Positions 1 through 13,040 are shown, counted from the first letter of the stretch. The stretch: DNA of 64,000 nucleotides from Octopus vulgaris (GCA_951406725.2 OX597815.1:149668001-149732000); one strand, 5' to 3'. Program-made: numbers and translations. The notes: generated by a model from the sequence alone, not told the origin.

Positions 1-359
1 GGAAAGTCCCACAGAATGGTTACATTTTCTCCTTCAGTTACAGCCTCATGGTGGTGATTATACCACTTGTCGGCAGTTTTGATATTGTAATGCCGACTTA
101 TTAGCCAGTGTAGATATTGGCCAACTCTGTCATGTCTTAATTTATACTCCACTGGTGCTAAGACTTTACATCCAGAGATTAGGTGGTCCACTGTTTCAAT
201 CATGTCGTTGCAGAATCGGCATTTTGGGTCTGCTCCATTTTTCATAACATTGGCCTGGTAGTTCCGGGTTAATAGGCTTTGATCTTGAGCAGCCAGGATG
301 AAACCTTCGCTCTCTGCTTTTAGCCCTGAGCTCCGTAGCCACTGATGGGTTTGCTTCTG

Positions 360-360
<1 letters not shown>
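1..360 (-). mobile_element. R4/Dong-like non-LTR retrotransposon fragment (CCHC zinc-knuckle region), 5'-truncated, runs off window start
   Basis: Manual minus-strand translation: QWLRSSGLKAESEGFILAAQDQSLLTRNYQ...CRFC..MIETVDHLISGC..L..VEYKLRHDRV...ILWDF; abuts (TTA)n. Confidence 0.9.
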
Positions 361-498
<138 letters not shown>

Positions 499-2738
499 TC
501 AGTAGTATATTTTTTATATCGTGCTTTCACTTCACTACCGAGCACAGCTCTGTGTGCCTTGGGTATGTGCTGTGATTTGTTGTAATGCTCTAATGGTTAT
601 TGTATGGAAATCGTTCTGCGTAGGTTCTGTGCAGTGCCTAGTAGTGCAATTTTCTGTATGTTATACGTGTTTGTAAGTCCTGGTGCATTTGTTATGTATT
701 TGTTTGAATATTTTTTTATCATGCCTAATGCACCTATTATGATAGGAATTGTTTCTGTTTTTAGATTCCACCTTCTAGTTACCTCTATTTCCAGGTCTTT
801 GTATTTTGAAAGTTTCTCCATTTCTTTTAGAGACACGTTGTCATCCGCTGGTATTGATACATCAATTAGAAAGCATTTTTTTTCATGTTCTCTGACAACT
901 ATATCTGGTCTGTTGGCCTTAATTTCTCTATCTGTGAGTATTGGCATATACGAGAGTATGGTTGCTTTCTCGTTTTCTGTGACCTTTTCTGGTGTATGCT
1001 TATACCATCTTTTTTCTATTGTTATTCCATAATGTTGGCATAGATTCCAGTTTATATAGGTCCCAACTCTGTCATGTCTGTGAATATATTCCTTCTTAGC
1101 CAGGACTGGGCAGCCAGAGATAATATGATTTATTGTTTCTTATCCATCTCCACATATTCTGCAGTTACTTGTTATATTTCTGTTCATTACATGTTTTTGG
1201 TAATTTCTGGTGGGGAGGCTTTGGTCTTGTGCTGCAATTAAAAATCCTTCTGTCTCTGCTTTGAGTCCTTAGCTTCTCAACCATTGTTGGGATCTTTCTT
1301 TGTCTATTTCTTTTGCATTTAGTTTAGTCCAGTATTTGCCATGAAGGGACTTTTCTTGCCATCGTTTTATCATGGTTCGTTGCTGTTCTATTTTTAGTTT
1401 GGATTTCATTTGTTTTATAGCTTTTGTTGTTTCTTCTTCTTTTTCTTCTTCTTCTTCTTCTTCTTCTTCTTCTTCTTCTTCTTCTTCTTCTTCTTCTTCT
1501 TCTTCTTCTTCTTCTTCTTCTTCTTCTTCTTCTTCTTCTTCTTCTTCTTCTTCTTCTTCTTCTTCTTCTTCTTCTTCATATTTGTTAGGTGGTATGATTT
1601 CTTGTTTGCATTTGTCAGCTTCCTTAAATACTGAGAACAGTTTTTTGTTTTGCTCGTGTTTTGCAGCTATTTGCATCAGTTTTCCTTCCTTCTGAAGTAG
1701 ATATTTTTGCAGACCTATGGTGGTTATTTTATAGTAGTTTTCCAGCTGTATAAGGCCTCTACCACCTTCTATACGTTGTATATATAGTCTTTCTATGTCA
1801 GATTTTGGGTGATGCATCCTAGATCCTGTCATTATTGTTCTTGTTTTCCCATCTATTTTGGTCAGTTCATTTAGTGTCCAGTTAAGGATATTGTAGCTGT
1901 AACTTATAACTGGGACGTCTAAAGTGTTGATACCTATTATCTTGTATTTAGCATTGAGCTCTGTTTTCAGTATTGATCTAACTCGTCTATAATATACTTT
2001 TTCAATTTTCTTTTCATTTGTGTGTGTTGTGTCTTATCTAGTTCATGGATTCCTAAGTATTTGTAAGTATGGCTTTGGTCTAATTCTTTTATTTCATTGG
2101 TTTTATCTAGTGTGATGTTGCTACTCTTAACTAGTTTTCCTCTTTTCAGGGTTACTTTGACGCATTTCTCTAATCCAAATTTTATATCTATTTATTTGGT
2201 AAATCCATGCACTGTCTTTAGTAGTGTTTCCAGCTAATTGTCATTTGTAGCGTATAGTTTTAGGCCATCCATATACGAAAGGTGGCTGATCGTTTTGCCG
2301 TAACATTTATATCCGCATCCAGTTCTGTTTAGCATATGCGATAGAGGTGACAGTGCCAAGCAGAAAAGGAGCGGAGTGAGCGTATCTCCCTGGAATATTC
2401 TCCTTCCAATGGGGATGGCTTTGGTTTTCACAAGTCCCTCTTTTGTTTGGAGCTGTAGCACTGTTTGCCATTTATTCATAGAGTGTCCTATGTATTTTAT
2501 AATTGATGGTGCAACTTTGTTCATGGCTAGTGTTTCGAGGATCCATGTGTGGGGGATGCTATCAAACGCCTTTCTGTAGTTGATCCAGGCCATAATAAGG
2601 CCTTTCTTCTTTCTGTGGCTGTCTTCAGTTATGGCTTTATTGATCATTAGTTGATCTTTAAAGCCATATGAGCCTTTGCGGCATCCTTTCTCCTCTTCTG
2701 GAAACAGGTTGTTTTCAGCCAGGTGCTTGTTCAATCTT
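499..2738 (-). mobile_element. R4/Dong-like non-LTR retrotransposon, 5'-truncated, frameshifted RT + CCHC + RLE endonuclease, short 3' UTR
   Basis: ORFs 2234-2821 (KAFDSIPH, IFQGDTLTPLLF, YMDG), 1269-1832 (HPKSDIERLY..GGRGL), 597-947 (RPDIVV..IDVSIP..EKLSKY..PIIIGALG); (TTA)n on both sides. Confidence 0.93.
1431..1577. repeat. (TTC)n/(GAA)n expansion inside the Dong ORF, in-frame poly-Glu
   Basis: Direct read; ORF 1269-1832 stays open across it. Confidence 0.95.
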
Positions 2739-2970
<232 letters not shown>

Positions 2971-3164
2971 AAATGTCCCAATACATGTATTAAAGCGCTA
3001 TTAATAGTTTCATATTCTGAGATAATTCAAACATGTTCTTCATGTGCAAACCACATAACATAGCGCTTTGATACATGTACTGTGCCGTTTAAATAATAAT
3101 ATCTATCTCTCACCTGATGGAGTACTTCTTTGCTGAATATTCTATTGCGGATCAGTACTTCTCA

Positions 3165-3306
<142 letters not shown>

Positions 3307-3780
3307 TGAAAGAATGGAGTTGAACGACGATTTAACAAAATTCCTTTATTCTCGACATATGTTTCGAAGACTGCATATTCCTAATTCCGAAGGAATAAAG
3401 GGTGCATTATGCCGCCTTCTCATCAGGAAAGACAAGGAGCTTATGTCAGCATCTTGACGAACAAAGACTTTTAGATGGCTGCTCACACGGGGTCCATAGT
3501 GATAATGAGTGTTTCTTTAAAATATTCCGTTATAAGCAGTGACGTGAAAATTGGTTGAATGGAGAAGATTCTAAAAAGTTCAAGAGTTCAAAAAAGGTTG
3601 GAAGGGGAAAGATCTAAGAATAAGAAGGTGACAGGGTGCAAGTCGTATGTATGGTGATGTGTTATTGTTTGCTTTTGCTAATGAGATTGAGTGCCTATGA
3701 GATTGAGTGCCTATGAGATTGAGTGCCTACCCGGGTATCGGTTAACCGAATTATCCATACTAGGATAATTCATTCAACTA

Positions 3781-3782
<2 letters not shown>
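3307..3782 (-). mobile_element. Penelope-like terminal-repeat (pLTR) fragment between TA tracts
   Basis: Contains a minimal HHR followed immediately by AATAAA on the minus strand; flanked by (TA)n; internal 16-bp x3 tandem at 3681-3729. Confidence 0.65.
3350..3430 (-). ncRNA. Minimal type I hammerhead ribozyme, intact core
   Basis: Minus: TTTC-CTGATGA-GAAGGC...GTCTTC-GAAAC-ATAT-GTC-GAGA; stems I, II and palindromic III (ACATATGT). Confidence 0.85.
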
Positions 3783-3837
<55 letters not shown>

Positions 3838-3839
<2 letters not shown>

Positions 3840-4319
3840 CGTAAAGTGTACTAGCCATCTGAATGTGGCTAGCCACTGGGGGTGGGTGTTACTGACGCTT
3901 TTAGCCCCAGGAGATCGACGTCACCAGCTGGCCTTAGACACAATTTCTCTGTTCTTATGATATTTGCAAAGGGAGGTCAACCTCCCTCGAAAACCTAAGT
4001 GATACATACGGACTATAGTTTCAAGGTTTTTGCCTCTCGTCAACGCATGGTAAACACCGGTTTTCGATGAAGGAGAGAAAGGCAAAAACCTTGAAACAAT
4101 AGTCCGTATGTATCACTTAGGTTTTCGAGGGAGGATGACCTCCCTTTGCAAATATCATAAGAACACAGACATTGTGTCTAAGGCCAGCTGGTGACGTCGA
4201 TCTCCTGGGGCTAAAAGCGTCAGTAACACCCACCCCCAGTGGCTAGCCACATTCAGATGGCTAGTACACTTTACGTTGTCGAGCGCTTACTGTTTACATC
4301 TCGTTCGGAGATTTATTAA

Positions 4320-4320
<1 letters not shown>
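3838..4320. mobile_element. Foldback PLE-derived element: ~198-bp inverted arms (3838-4035 / 4080-4277), 44-nt spacer, flanked by (TA)n
   Basis: Arms are near-perfect reverse complements; HHR spans the left arm and spacer. Confidence 0.85.
4005..4049 (-). ncRNA. Minimal type I hammerhead ribozyme (U3 variant)
   Basis: Minus: CATGCG-TTGACGA-GAGG-CAAAAA-CCTT-GAAAC-TATA-GTC-CGTATG. Confidence 0.85.
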
Positions 4321-4353
<33 letters not shown>

Positions 4354-4357
4354 TAAT

Positions 4358-4656
4358 GCGTGGAGGCGCAATGTCCGAGTGGTTAGGGCAGCTGACTCGT
4401 GGTTGTAGGATCGCGGTTTCGATTCCCAGACCGCGCATTGTGAGGGTTTATTGAGCGAAAACCCCTAAACCTCCACGATGCTTCGCCAAGGAGTTTTGGT
4501 GAACCCTGCTGTACTCTTTCGCCACAACTCTCTCTCTCTCTCTTTCTTCTGTTGGCCTGCTCGTCATTTGAATGCTAAAATAATGCGAAGCGCATTGAGA
4601 CAAGCGATGTGTGGCAACATCTGTTAGCCTGGTCGGTCACGATGATCACGGTGATA
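4358..4656 (+). mobile_element. tRNA-derived SINE, family 2
   Basis: A-box-like tgtccgagtgg, B-box-like gtttcgattcc; homologous to 13055-13277 and 26893-27201. Confidence 0.85.
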
Positions 4657-4933
4657 TGTTAATGCGAATGAAGCAATTGTTGGAATTTTAAGGTGTCATC
4701 TAAAATTTAAATATTTTCTTCGTACGTATTATTGATTGTTGTCAATACTCCAAAATGCTTGAAATTCAGCATAAGATTCTTGGATATATCTGACATACAC
4801 GAGGATTTATCTGGCACTGGTATTCTAGATACATTCACTGGTATCAGCTGGTTGGAAATTTAAACTTATTCTTTTATATTGTGTGCTTTTTTGGCATATA
4901 CCATGATTTTTTAATCTCATCTTTTCTTTAATA

Positions 4934-4989
<56 letters not shown>

Positions 4990-6696
4990 ATATAATATAT
5001 ATATATTACATATGTATGTATATGTGTCTATAAAAGTACATGTATGTGTCTATTTGAGAGTATATAGAAATTTAAACACATACACACCAAACGCAATGGT
5101 GCATGCACATATATGTACTCCCAAGCACATGTATATGTATGCGTGTGTTTGTGTGTGTATGCTATACATGTATGCATGTATGTACGTATGTACGGCAAGA
5201 ACATCATTGTTCTAAATGTATAGATTGGCACTTATATATCGGGACTAAACGTCTACAACTATAGCAAACACTTTCATATATAGACAACAACATTACACCG
5301 TTTTACTGTTATTCGATGAGACCGTTTATGATATATCCCCTACATAACCTGCAGCCATAAATAACGTATACAATATGCATTAGTTATTTCCAGCTCATCG
5401 CTTGTAAAGTGCTAATATGTTCCCATAGGAAATCAGCTGAGGGTCACTTTTTATGTTGTTTCTGTTAGGCATTATACAAACTAAACAAAGTTGTACCTTG
5501 TAATTTAATATAAGCAACAGACAAGTAACTATTATAGAAGTAGAATTTCCGTTCTGAAAACAAAACGAAACATACACACACACACACTCACACACACTCA
5601 CACACAGATATTAACAGACAAGTAGGTTTACTCTGTCAGTGACGCAAAGGAATATATGTAACTGAAACGTTAAAATGCACTAAGAAATCAGGTATTGAAG
5701 AAATGACATTAGCGCTATAAATTATATTTGTCCTTTGGCTGCCGGTTGCCATGTTGTTTGACCTAACGTAAATGCATTGAATCAATATACAGGCATTTTT
5801 TAAAGTGCAGATACGAATCCTAATATCTGCACGCTTAAATATAGTTTATGATTATGAGCATTTTGTTCTATGCTGATATCAAAGCCAATACTATTTTTCA
5901 TATGATATTAACGTGTGGAATGAAATTTGGTTATTGTGTACAAACCCAGCTCCAACCCAGGATGTTCAAAGCATCTTAACTTGCCCAGCATATGCTTAGG
6001 TGTGCGCAATCCCAACACTACACATCCTGCTCATACGTTTTCACGCATATAAATTTACACATACATGGGTATGTTTGTGTGTGTGTGAGTGCGTGTGTCA
6101 GAGTGTGCACGTGTGTGAACGTCTATGTATATGTACATATACACATTGTTATAAATGCATACATGTGTGGATGTGTGTGCTCATGTGTCTGTGTGTGTAT
6201 GGACATATGAATATATATGCACAGATATACATTGTTATATATACATATATGTGGGTTTGTGTGTGTGTTTCTGTGTGTGTGTGTGTGTGTATGTGTATTT
6301 ATTCAGAATTACTTTGCAGTGCTTATACAATAGTTCTGTTGGAATGTAAAGCTTAAATATATTTCCGCTGAGATGAAGAAAAATAAACGTTCAATAGTAA
6401 TCCTGTTTGTTAATCATTACACAAGGATTTTGTCTTCACGTTATTCGAATTATATACAGAAATTTAATTATACCAAAATTTGCATGTATGGGAGAAGCTA
6501 TGAACCAACATTCTCTCGGTGGAAATAAGCGAATAACCAATCATAGATGAGGTGTTAATAACTGTTTAAACTAATATGATGGATCTCAAGTTTCTCGTCA
6601 CAGACAGGTGTGGTATAGTCTCGTTGTCTGTATTTTGATGTAAAGTTTACGCGTGTCATAAAAACCGCTACTCGTAGAGTTTGACCTACAATATGA

Positions 6697-6735
<39 letters not shown>

Positions 6736-6746
6736 GGTCTCGTACA

Positions 6747-6818
<72 letters not shown>

Positions 6819-7109
6819 AGTTCATCGGGCGGCTGTGTTTTTAAACGTAAGAGAATATTATTTCAATGTCCTTGGAATAAATCACCGGAAAGCAGGTCAT
6901 AACCAAATGAGACAACTCATATCAAATCTCCCTTTTTTCGGAGTGACAGTCATTGTTTGGACTTATCAATGCCGCATACTGAGCAAGGGGCATGCTGTGG
7001 CCTGTCTAAAAGGCTATGACTATATACTAAATGGTTTAAGAACCATCTGCTGGCGTCTCCGAATATGTTATGCCATGGGGTAATCCAAATACACACACAC
7101 ATCCGTATA

Positions 7110-7898
7110 AGTCATTGCGAGTATAATGACACCCCCTATGAGAACGGACTAGCTGAGCTCGTATAAATAGTAAGCTGTTTGACTGAGACCGGGAGAGATG
7201 AGAAACCGCAGGAAGTTGAAAGGTGTCGTACGTGAGTTCGTGGAGACTCCTGAAATTGTTGAGAACTTGTTATAGTTCGTTGAGAGTTGTTTTGGATTGG
7301 CTACAGTTGTTGGTGGTCAGCCTGTAATGACATGCATAAGATCTGGTCATCAAATCTAAGTAGAGACTTCAAACTTGAAATCTTCAAAGCCACAGTCGAG
7401 CCAATTCTACTATATGGCTCAAAAAACTGGACGTTATCAAAGAATCTTGAGAGGCGATTGGATGCAACTTACATCTGCCTCCTTATGAGAGCTCAAAATC
7501 TCTCGTGGAAGCGCCATCCAACCAAAATGCAAATATATGGGAAACTACCACCTGTGTCATCTCTTGTGAAAGGTAGGAGATTCCAGTTTGCTGGACATTG
7601 TTGTAGAGCTGAAAAAGAGGTAATTTCTACTCTTCTCCTCTGGAAGCCATCTACCCGCAATACCAGAGGGCGCACACTCTCCTACCCTGATGTAATCTCC
7701 AGGGATACAGGCATCCTGCAACAGGACCCCCGTAATGCCATGATGGACCGTAAAGTTTGGCGTAGCATGGTAAACTCCATTGTCTCGACCACGGTCGAAC
7801 AATGATGATGATGATGGGAATAAATCAAGTGGAGACAGTTGGTGACCACTCCGTTCCGTGGTGTTGAATATCACACTGTATTAGTGCACGACACTACA
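7110..7898 (+). repeat. 5' LTR (interrupted by RTE insertion)
   Basis: Aligns with 11200-11473 on both sides of 7313-7816; TATAAATAG box; ends cacgacactaca. Confidence 0.8.
7313..7816 (+). mobile_element. RTE-clade LINE 3' fragment with (TGA)n tail
   Basis: ORF 7287-7805: VEPILLYGS..WTL...RRFQFAGHCCR...MDRKVWR; stop followed by (TGA)n. Confidence 0.88.
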
Positions 7899-7996
7899 GT
7901 GTCTCATGCAGAAACCAAGTTCTAAAATTGGCGACGAGTGGTTCGAAAATTATGTTGGTGATTAACTAATGTTTATGATACCAAAATTCGTTAATT

Positions 7997-10900
7997 ATGG
8001 AAAACCTATTACAGATGCAAAAGCAACAGCAGCAGCAGCAACCGGATTTGTACCAACAAGTACAACATAATCAGTTGCTGGAACTGATGCTGAAGTCGGG
8101 AAGCACCGCAGTTTCATTTTCGCCAGACAGCTTAGCGAATGCTATAATTAAATTTAGTTATAACCAAGAAGCGTGTATAATTTTTTTCCCGGCATACTTC
8201 AGAAGATGCGAAGAAATTTTCTAGGAAGAACGCAAGTGTTGGACAGACAATGAGGAAGTAAGACTACTGTAACAGAAACTAGGTCCTCCAGAACATGAAA
8301 AATACTGCAATTTTATCTTGCATTAAAAAACGAGTAAATTTCTGACTGATGCATGTTTCCAAATTAAGGAAAACGCATCCCAGTATTCAAACCAAAATGA
8401 ACGGTACTTTTGGCAGCGATAAAACAAATTAGACACACTAGAAAATTGGACTCATCTAAAAAGTGAACTATGCAAAATAGACAGTTCCAACTGTGTGCAT
8501 TAAAAAGAAAAAAGTAACAGCATAACAAAATCAGGGTGTGTGCCGATTTTTCCTCTGGCTTGAATGAATATCTGAAAATGTCTTACTATCTGCTTCCTGC
8601 TCCGGAGGATATTTTTCCGAAGTTAAATGGGGAAAGATATTTTTGAAACTGGGTCCCTCCGATATGTACCTACAAATTAGAGTAGACAAGGAATGATCAA
8701 AATACCAAACCGTCAATACGCATAAAGGACTATGGCAACTTGGGCAAGTGTCTTCTAATATAGCCTCGGGCCGACCAAAGGCATGTGAGTGGATTGGTAG
8801 ACGGAAACTGAAAGAAATCCATCGTATATATACATATATGTCTGTGTTTGTCCCCACCTACCATCGCTTGACAGCCGATGTTGGTGTGGTTATATCCCCG
8901 TATGTTAGCCGTTCGCCAAAAACGTCCGATAAAATAGGCACTAGGCTTACAAAGATTAAGTTTTGGGGTCGATTTGTTCGACTAAAGGCGGTGCTCCAGC
9001 ATGGCCGCTGCCAAAATGACTGAAACAAGTAAAAGAATAACAGATTACCATTTGGTCAAAAGGTCGCACCTGAAACTTTTCAACTTTTAGCGGACTATGA
9101 ATTAGCAATTCCATACCTGGATGATATATTAATTAAAATTGAATCCCATAATCAGCATGTCGAGCATGTAAAATGTGTTTTTGAAAAAATAAGAGATTAC
9201 CTTTTCCGACTGAGTGCTGTAAAATGTCAATTATTCTTACATAAAATTATGTATTTAGGACAAATTATCGAAAGGAATGAACGAAAACTGGACCCGTCGA
9301 GGACGGATACAATTAAAAATATGCCTGCTCCAACTAATATAATGGCCTTACAAGCTTTTCGACGTCTAGCAAATTATTATCAAAATTATATGTCAAATAT
9401 GCATTAATTGATAGTTCCACTAAATAATTTTCTAAAACGTATGTGAAGTGGAATCGGTTAATTAATTGCCAAAAGGCGTTTGACAATATTAATAAAAATA
9501 CCAATATTCGATTTGTCGCTGGCTCATTTCGATCATGTAGCGGAGATTTTGTAGCTTCTGACGCTTCTGAATTCGGCATAGGAGCAGTAAGGCAACACAA
9601 ATTTAAAAAGCATAATATGAAGGCGATGATTCATGCCTCACGTTCTCTGACACTGGTAGAGAAAAATTATAGTCAAATAGAGAATGTAACGTTAGCGATC
9701 ATTTTTCCCGTGGATAAATTTCACAGATATGTGAACCATAGAAATCTTCAGCTACAAACTGATAACTGACCATTATTACCAATTTTGGGGATCGAAGAAA
9801 GGAATTCCTACCCATACTGCAAATCGGTTATAACTCTGGCGTACGATATTGTTGAATTGCGACTTTAAGATGGACTATATAACATCCAAGATGTTAGGCC
9901 ATGCGGATTGTTTATCAAGGCCAATACAAAACAATACAGAACTATTCGAAGCTACCGTTATTTCCACGTTGCGAGCGGAAAATGAAATAAAAGATATTTT
10001 GTATGACGTCATACGGAAGCTGCCACTAGCTGTTGAAGATATGAAAATAAAATCGGAGAATGACAAATTCATTGCAAAGATGTAAAAAACGTTCAAGGTA
10101 AAAGAAAACATTTTTCTTTGCGTGATAATTTGTTGATGTACGCTCAAAGAGTTTAGTGTCAGTCGTAATACAAAAGCGTGTATTAAGTCAATTCCATTAG
10201 TAATGAGGAGTTATGTGTATTGGCCTACTATGGACCGTGTTATTGAACAATTGGCGAAATCCTGCAGAGGGTGTGCTCTCGCAGCAAAGACACCACCAGT
10301 GAAATTCAAATCGCGACCAGATAATTCGTGGTCCATGCTACAGAGAGATTTTGCTGAACCGGTCAACGGCTCGTATTACCTGATCTTAGTAGACAGCAAA
10401 TATGTAATGTCAGTTAACCAAACACGAAGGTAACAATAAAATTCCATCCCGAACTTTTTGCGCAATACGGTGTTCAGGATACGATAGTATCGGCTAACGG
10501 AACGCAGTTTTCAGTGTATGAATGAAAAGCTTACTGCGAGAGGTATACAATTAATCGCTTCTCTATTACGCCGTACCACCCAAGATCAAATGGGTAAGCA
10601 GAATGTTTCGTAGACACATTTACGCCAGCACTAAAACATGTGGATAGCGCATTGATGCAGCACTAACTCAGTATTTAAGGGTTTGCAGGGTAACGCCTAA
10701 CCCGAACACATGTTCAGGCACGTCGCCAGCAGAACTAATGTTAGCCCGGGAAATATAATCAGTTTTTGATAAAATATTACCAACAAAATCAGCTTATAGG
10801 GAAACCCAAGAAACACAACAAAGTATTTTCATTTGGGAGATAAAGTTCATTTCAAAATATATGAGAAAGGAGGACAAAGTTAGGAGGACGGTATAGTGAC

Positions 10901-11000
10901 AAAAAGAATAGGCAGTATGATATATATAATAAAATGTCAAAGAGGTAATCACAAACGACGTTTGAACCAGTTGCAGACTTGATATACCAAAGAATGAGAA
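7997..11000 (+). pseudogene. gag-pol remnants of the Mag-like element (RT, RNase H, integrase) with stops, frameshifts and deletions
   Basis: ORFs 7997-8224, 9443-9769, 9849-10085, 10203-10433. Confidence 0.85.
8736..9040 (+). mobile_element. SINE family 1, 5'-truncated, nested in gypsy RT
   Basis: ttgggcaagtgtcttct...ggtagacggaaactgaaagaa...ggtgctccagcatggccg...tgactgaaacaagtaaaagaata. Confidence 0.88.
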
Positions 11001-11199
11001 GAAATACCGATGGAAGATATACCGCCAAAAGATGTTAAACCCAGGCGGATCAGCAATATAAAACGAAAACAAACAAAACTTTTGAGGAAATTGAATTCTC
11101 AAAAAAGAGAGAGAGGATGATGAAAAACAAAAAAAAAATATCATAAAATTAAATAAATAAGATGCACTTCCTACAGAAGTCAAATATCAAAAGAAGAGG

Positions 11200-11473
11200 T
11201 GTAATAGCGAGTAACATGACACCTTCTTGTTAGAATGGACTAGCCAAAAGTGTATAAATAGCAGCGTGTTTGACTGAGAGTGGGAGAGACTAGAAATTGC
11301 CGGAAGTAGAAAGGTGTTGTACGTGAGTTCGTGGTGCCACAAGGAATTGTTGAGAAGTTGTTATAGTTCACTGAGAGTTGTTTTAGATTGGTTATAGTTG
11401 TTGGCAGAGTATTTGGGAATACAAGTGGAGTCATTTGGTGTCTACCCCGTTCTGTATTCCTGCACGACACTAA
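11200..11473 (+). repeat. 3' LTR
   Basis: Starts TGT after the polypurine tract; homologous to the 5' LTR. Confidence 0.85.
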
Positions 11474-11583
11474 GGTGACATATATAGAAACCACGTTATC
11501 ATATATATATATATATATAGATATAGATATAGATAGATAGGTAGATAGATAGATATGCGCGCGCACAAACACATATACATACA

Positions 11584-11675
<92 letters not shown>

Positions 11676-12107
11676 CATACAGACGGATAAATAAATACAC
11701 AGTTAGACATATGTATATACACAGTATCTCAGAGAAGTATATACACCACAAAAAATTTCTGTACAATTGCCATTACTCTGATAATATCGAAGAAAGCCAA
11801 ACGGAATTTACAGGGAATAAAATATATTATACATACAAAGATTACGCAAATTTGGAACAGAAAACAATACGCATTTTGAAAAATATGAATGAAATATAAA
11901 TTGTCCAACGTTACAAAATTATGTACACTCTAAAATAAAATTGCTATATTCAATATTTTATCGACATGTTTTACTAAATTCAGATATGGCTGATAATTTC
12001 AATTCTAATATAGTATTTCTTCTGGCATTTTTGCACTGGTCATTGCTATTGCATCTACGGGAATTCTGATTTGTGTACTGGGGTGAAAATCCTCATTGTG
12101 AATAAAA

Positions 12108-13040
12108 TGACACCACAAGGAAATTAATTGTCTGAAGATTTGAAGAAAATTATTTTTAATTTGCGCAAGAATTGTTTAGGATACAAGTAAATTAGCAAAC
12201 GAATATATATTAGCATACACACTGTTGACAATGTTATTCAGAAGTACAAATCTATTGGACGGATAAGCAATAAACTTCGTCAAGTTTGCCCTTGTATTTT
12301 AACTGCGCGTGAGATTGAACCCTGCCCAGGATGTTCAAAGTGGTTGTCTGTTTATGTTTTTATCCACAAGATCACCGAGACACCCAACTAAATGTGATAT
12401 TCAATGTTGTGTGATAGACGACAGGTGTCGTACCGCTTCATCTTTGGCCCAAGAAGTGTCTTCTGTTAGTGGAAAGAGTGTATTCGCCCAAACGATTCGC
12501 CGAAGTTTGAACCAGTGTGGTCTTCACGAACACATTCGTTGTAGCAAGCCTCTCCTCACTACCGGCATAAATGAAGTCGACTTTCTTTTGCCGAAACCTA
12601 TGTGAATAAGGGGAAGGAGTTTGGGGATAAAATGCTTTCTTCCGATGAGACTAAACTCAACTTGTTTGGACCAGATGGCATTAACTGAGTATGGCGACGA
12701 CCAGGTGAAGATAATAGCGACAAATGCACCGTGCCTACACTGAAACACGGTGGCGGAGGTGTTATGCTTTGCGAATGCATGAGTGCAGCTGGTGTGGGAG
12801 AACTCATATTTATTGAGAGAACAATAGATTCAAGGCTTTACTGTAACATATTCCAGAAAATAATGTTGAAAAGCATCAAGGAACTAGGAAGATAGTTCAT
12901 GTTCCAACATAATAATAACCCTACTCACACTTCAAAGATGACGACTAAATTTTCATCAGATAAAAAGGCAAAGTATTGCCATGGCCTACCATGCCCCCTG
13001 ATTTAAACCAAATACAATATCTGTGAGGTGTTTTGAAAAT
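12108..13040 (+). pseudogene. Tc1-like DD34E transposase pseudogene
   Basis: LSEDLKKII..GYK..IS; TIRRSL..G; SDETKLNLFG; TLKHGGGGVM; FQHNNNP.HTS; WP.MPPDLN.I; stops, frameshifts and a short insertion near 12320-12390. Confidence 0.88.

Larger units (their letters stand above)
7110..11473 (+). mobile_element. Decayed Ty3/gypsy (Mag-like) LTR retrotransposon
   Basis: Two homologous LTRs, PBS-like TGGCGACGAG at 7930, PPT AAAAGAAGAGG before 11200, gag remnant from 7997, pol remnants (YLDDILI, ASDASEFGIGAV..HASRSLT..EKNYSQIE, RSYVYWP..CRGC, PYHPRSNG). Confidence 0.92.

Noticed and set aside
3681-3729. 16-bp x3 repeat (and 24-bp x2 at 13010-13060) as CRISPR-like or iteron array
   Set aside because: No spacer series, eukaryotic context; simple slippage duplications
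4174-4269. Assignment of the downstream motif as twister, twister-sister, HDV-like ribozyme or SECIS
   Set aside because: Partial resemblance only (TAA..GC, TACAAGC/TGCAAG). Loop sizes, pseudoknot partners, the GCUCA strand, HDV P1/P3 and SECIS RUGA-AA-GA spacing do not fit, so it is left unassigned
4358-4435. tRNA gene calls at SINE heads
   Set aside because: tRNA-like A/B boxes continue directly into SINE bodies and cloverleaves are degenerate
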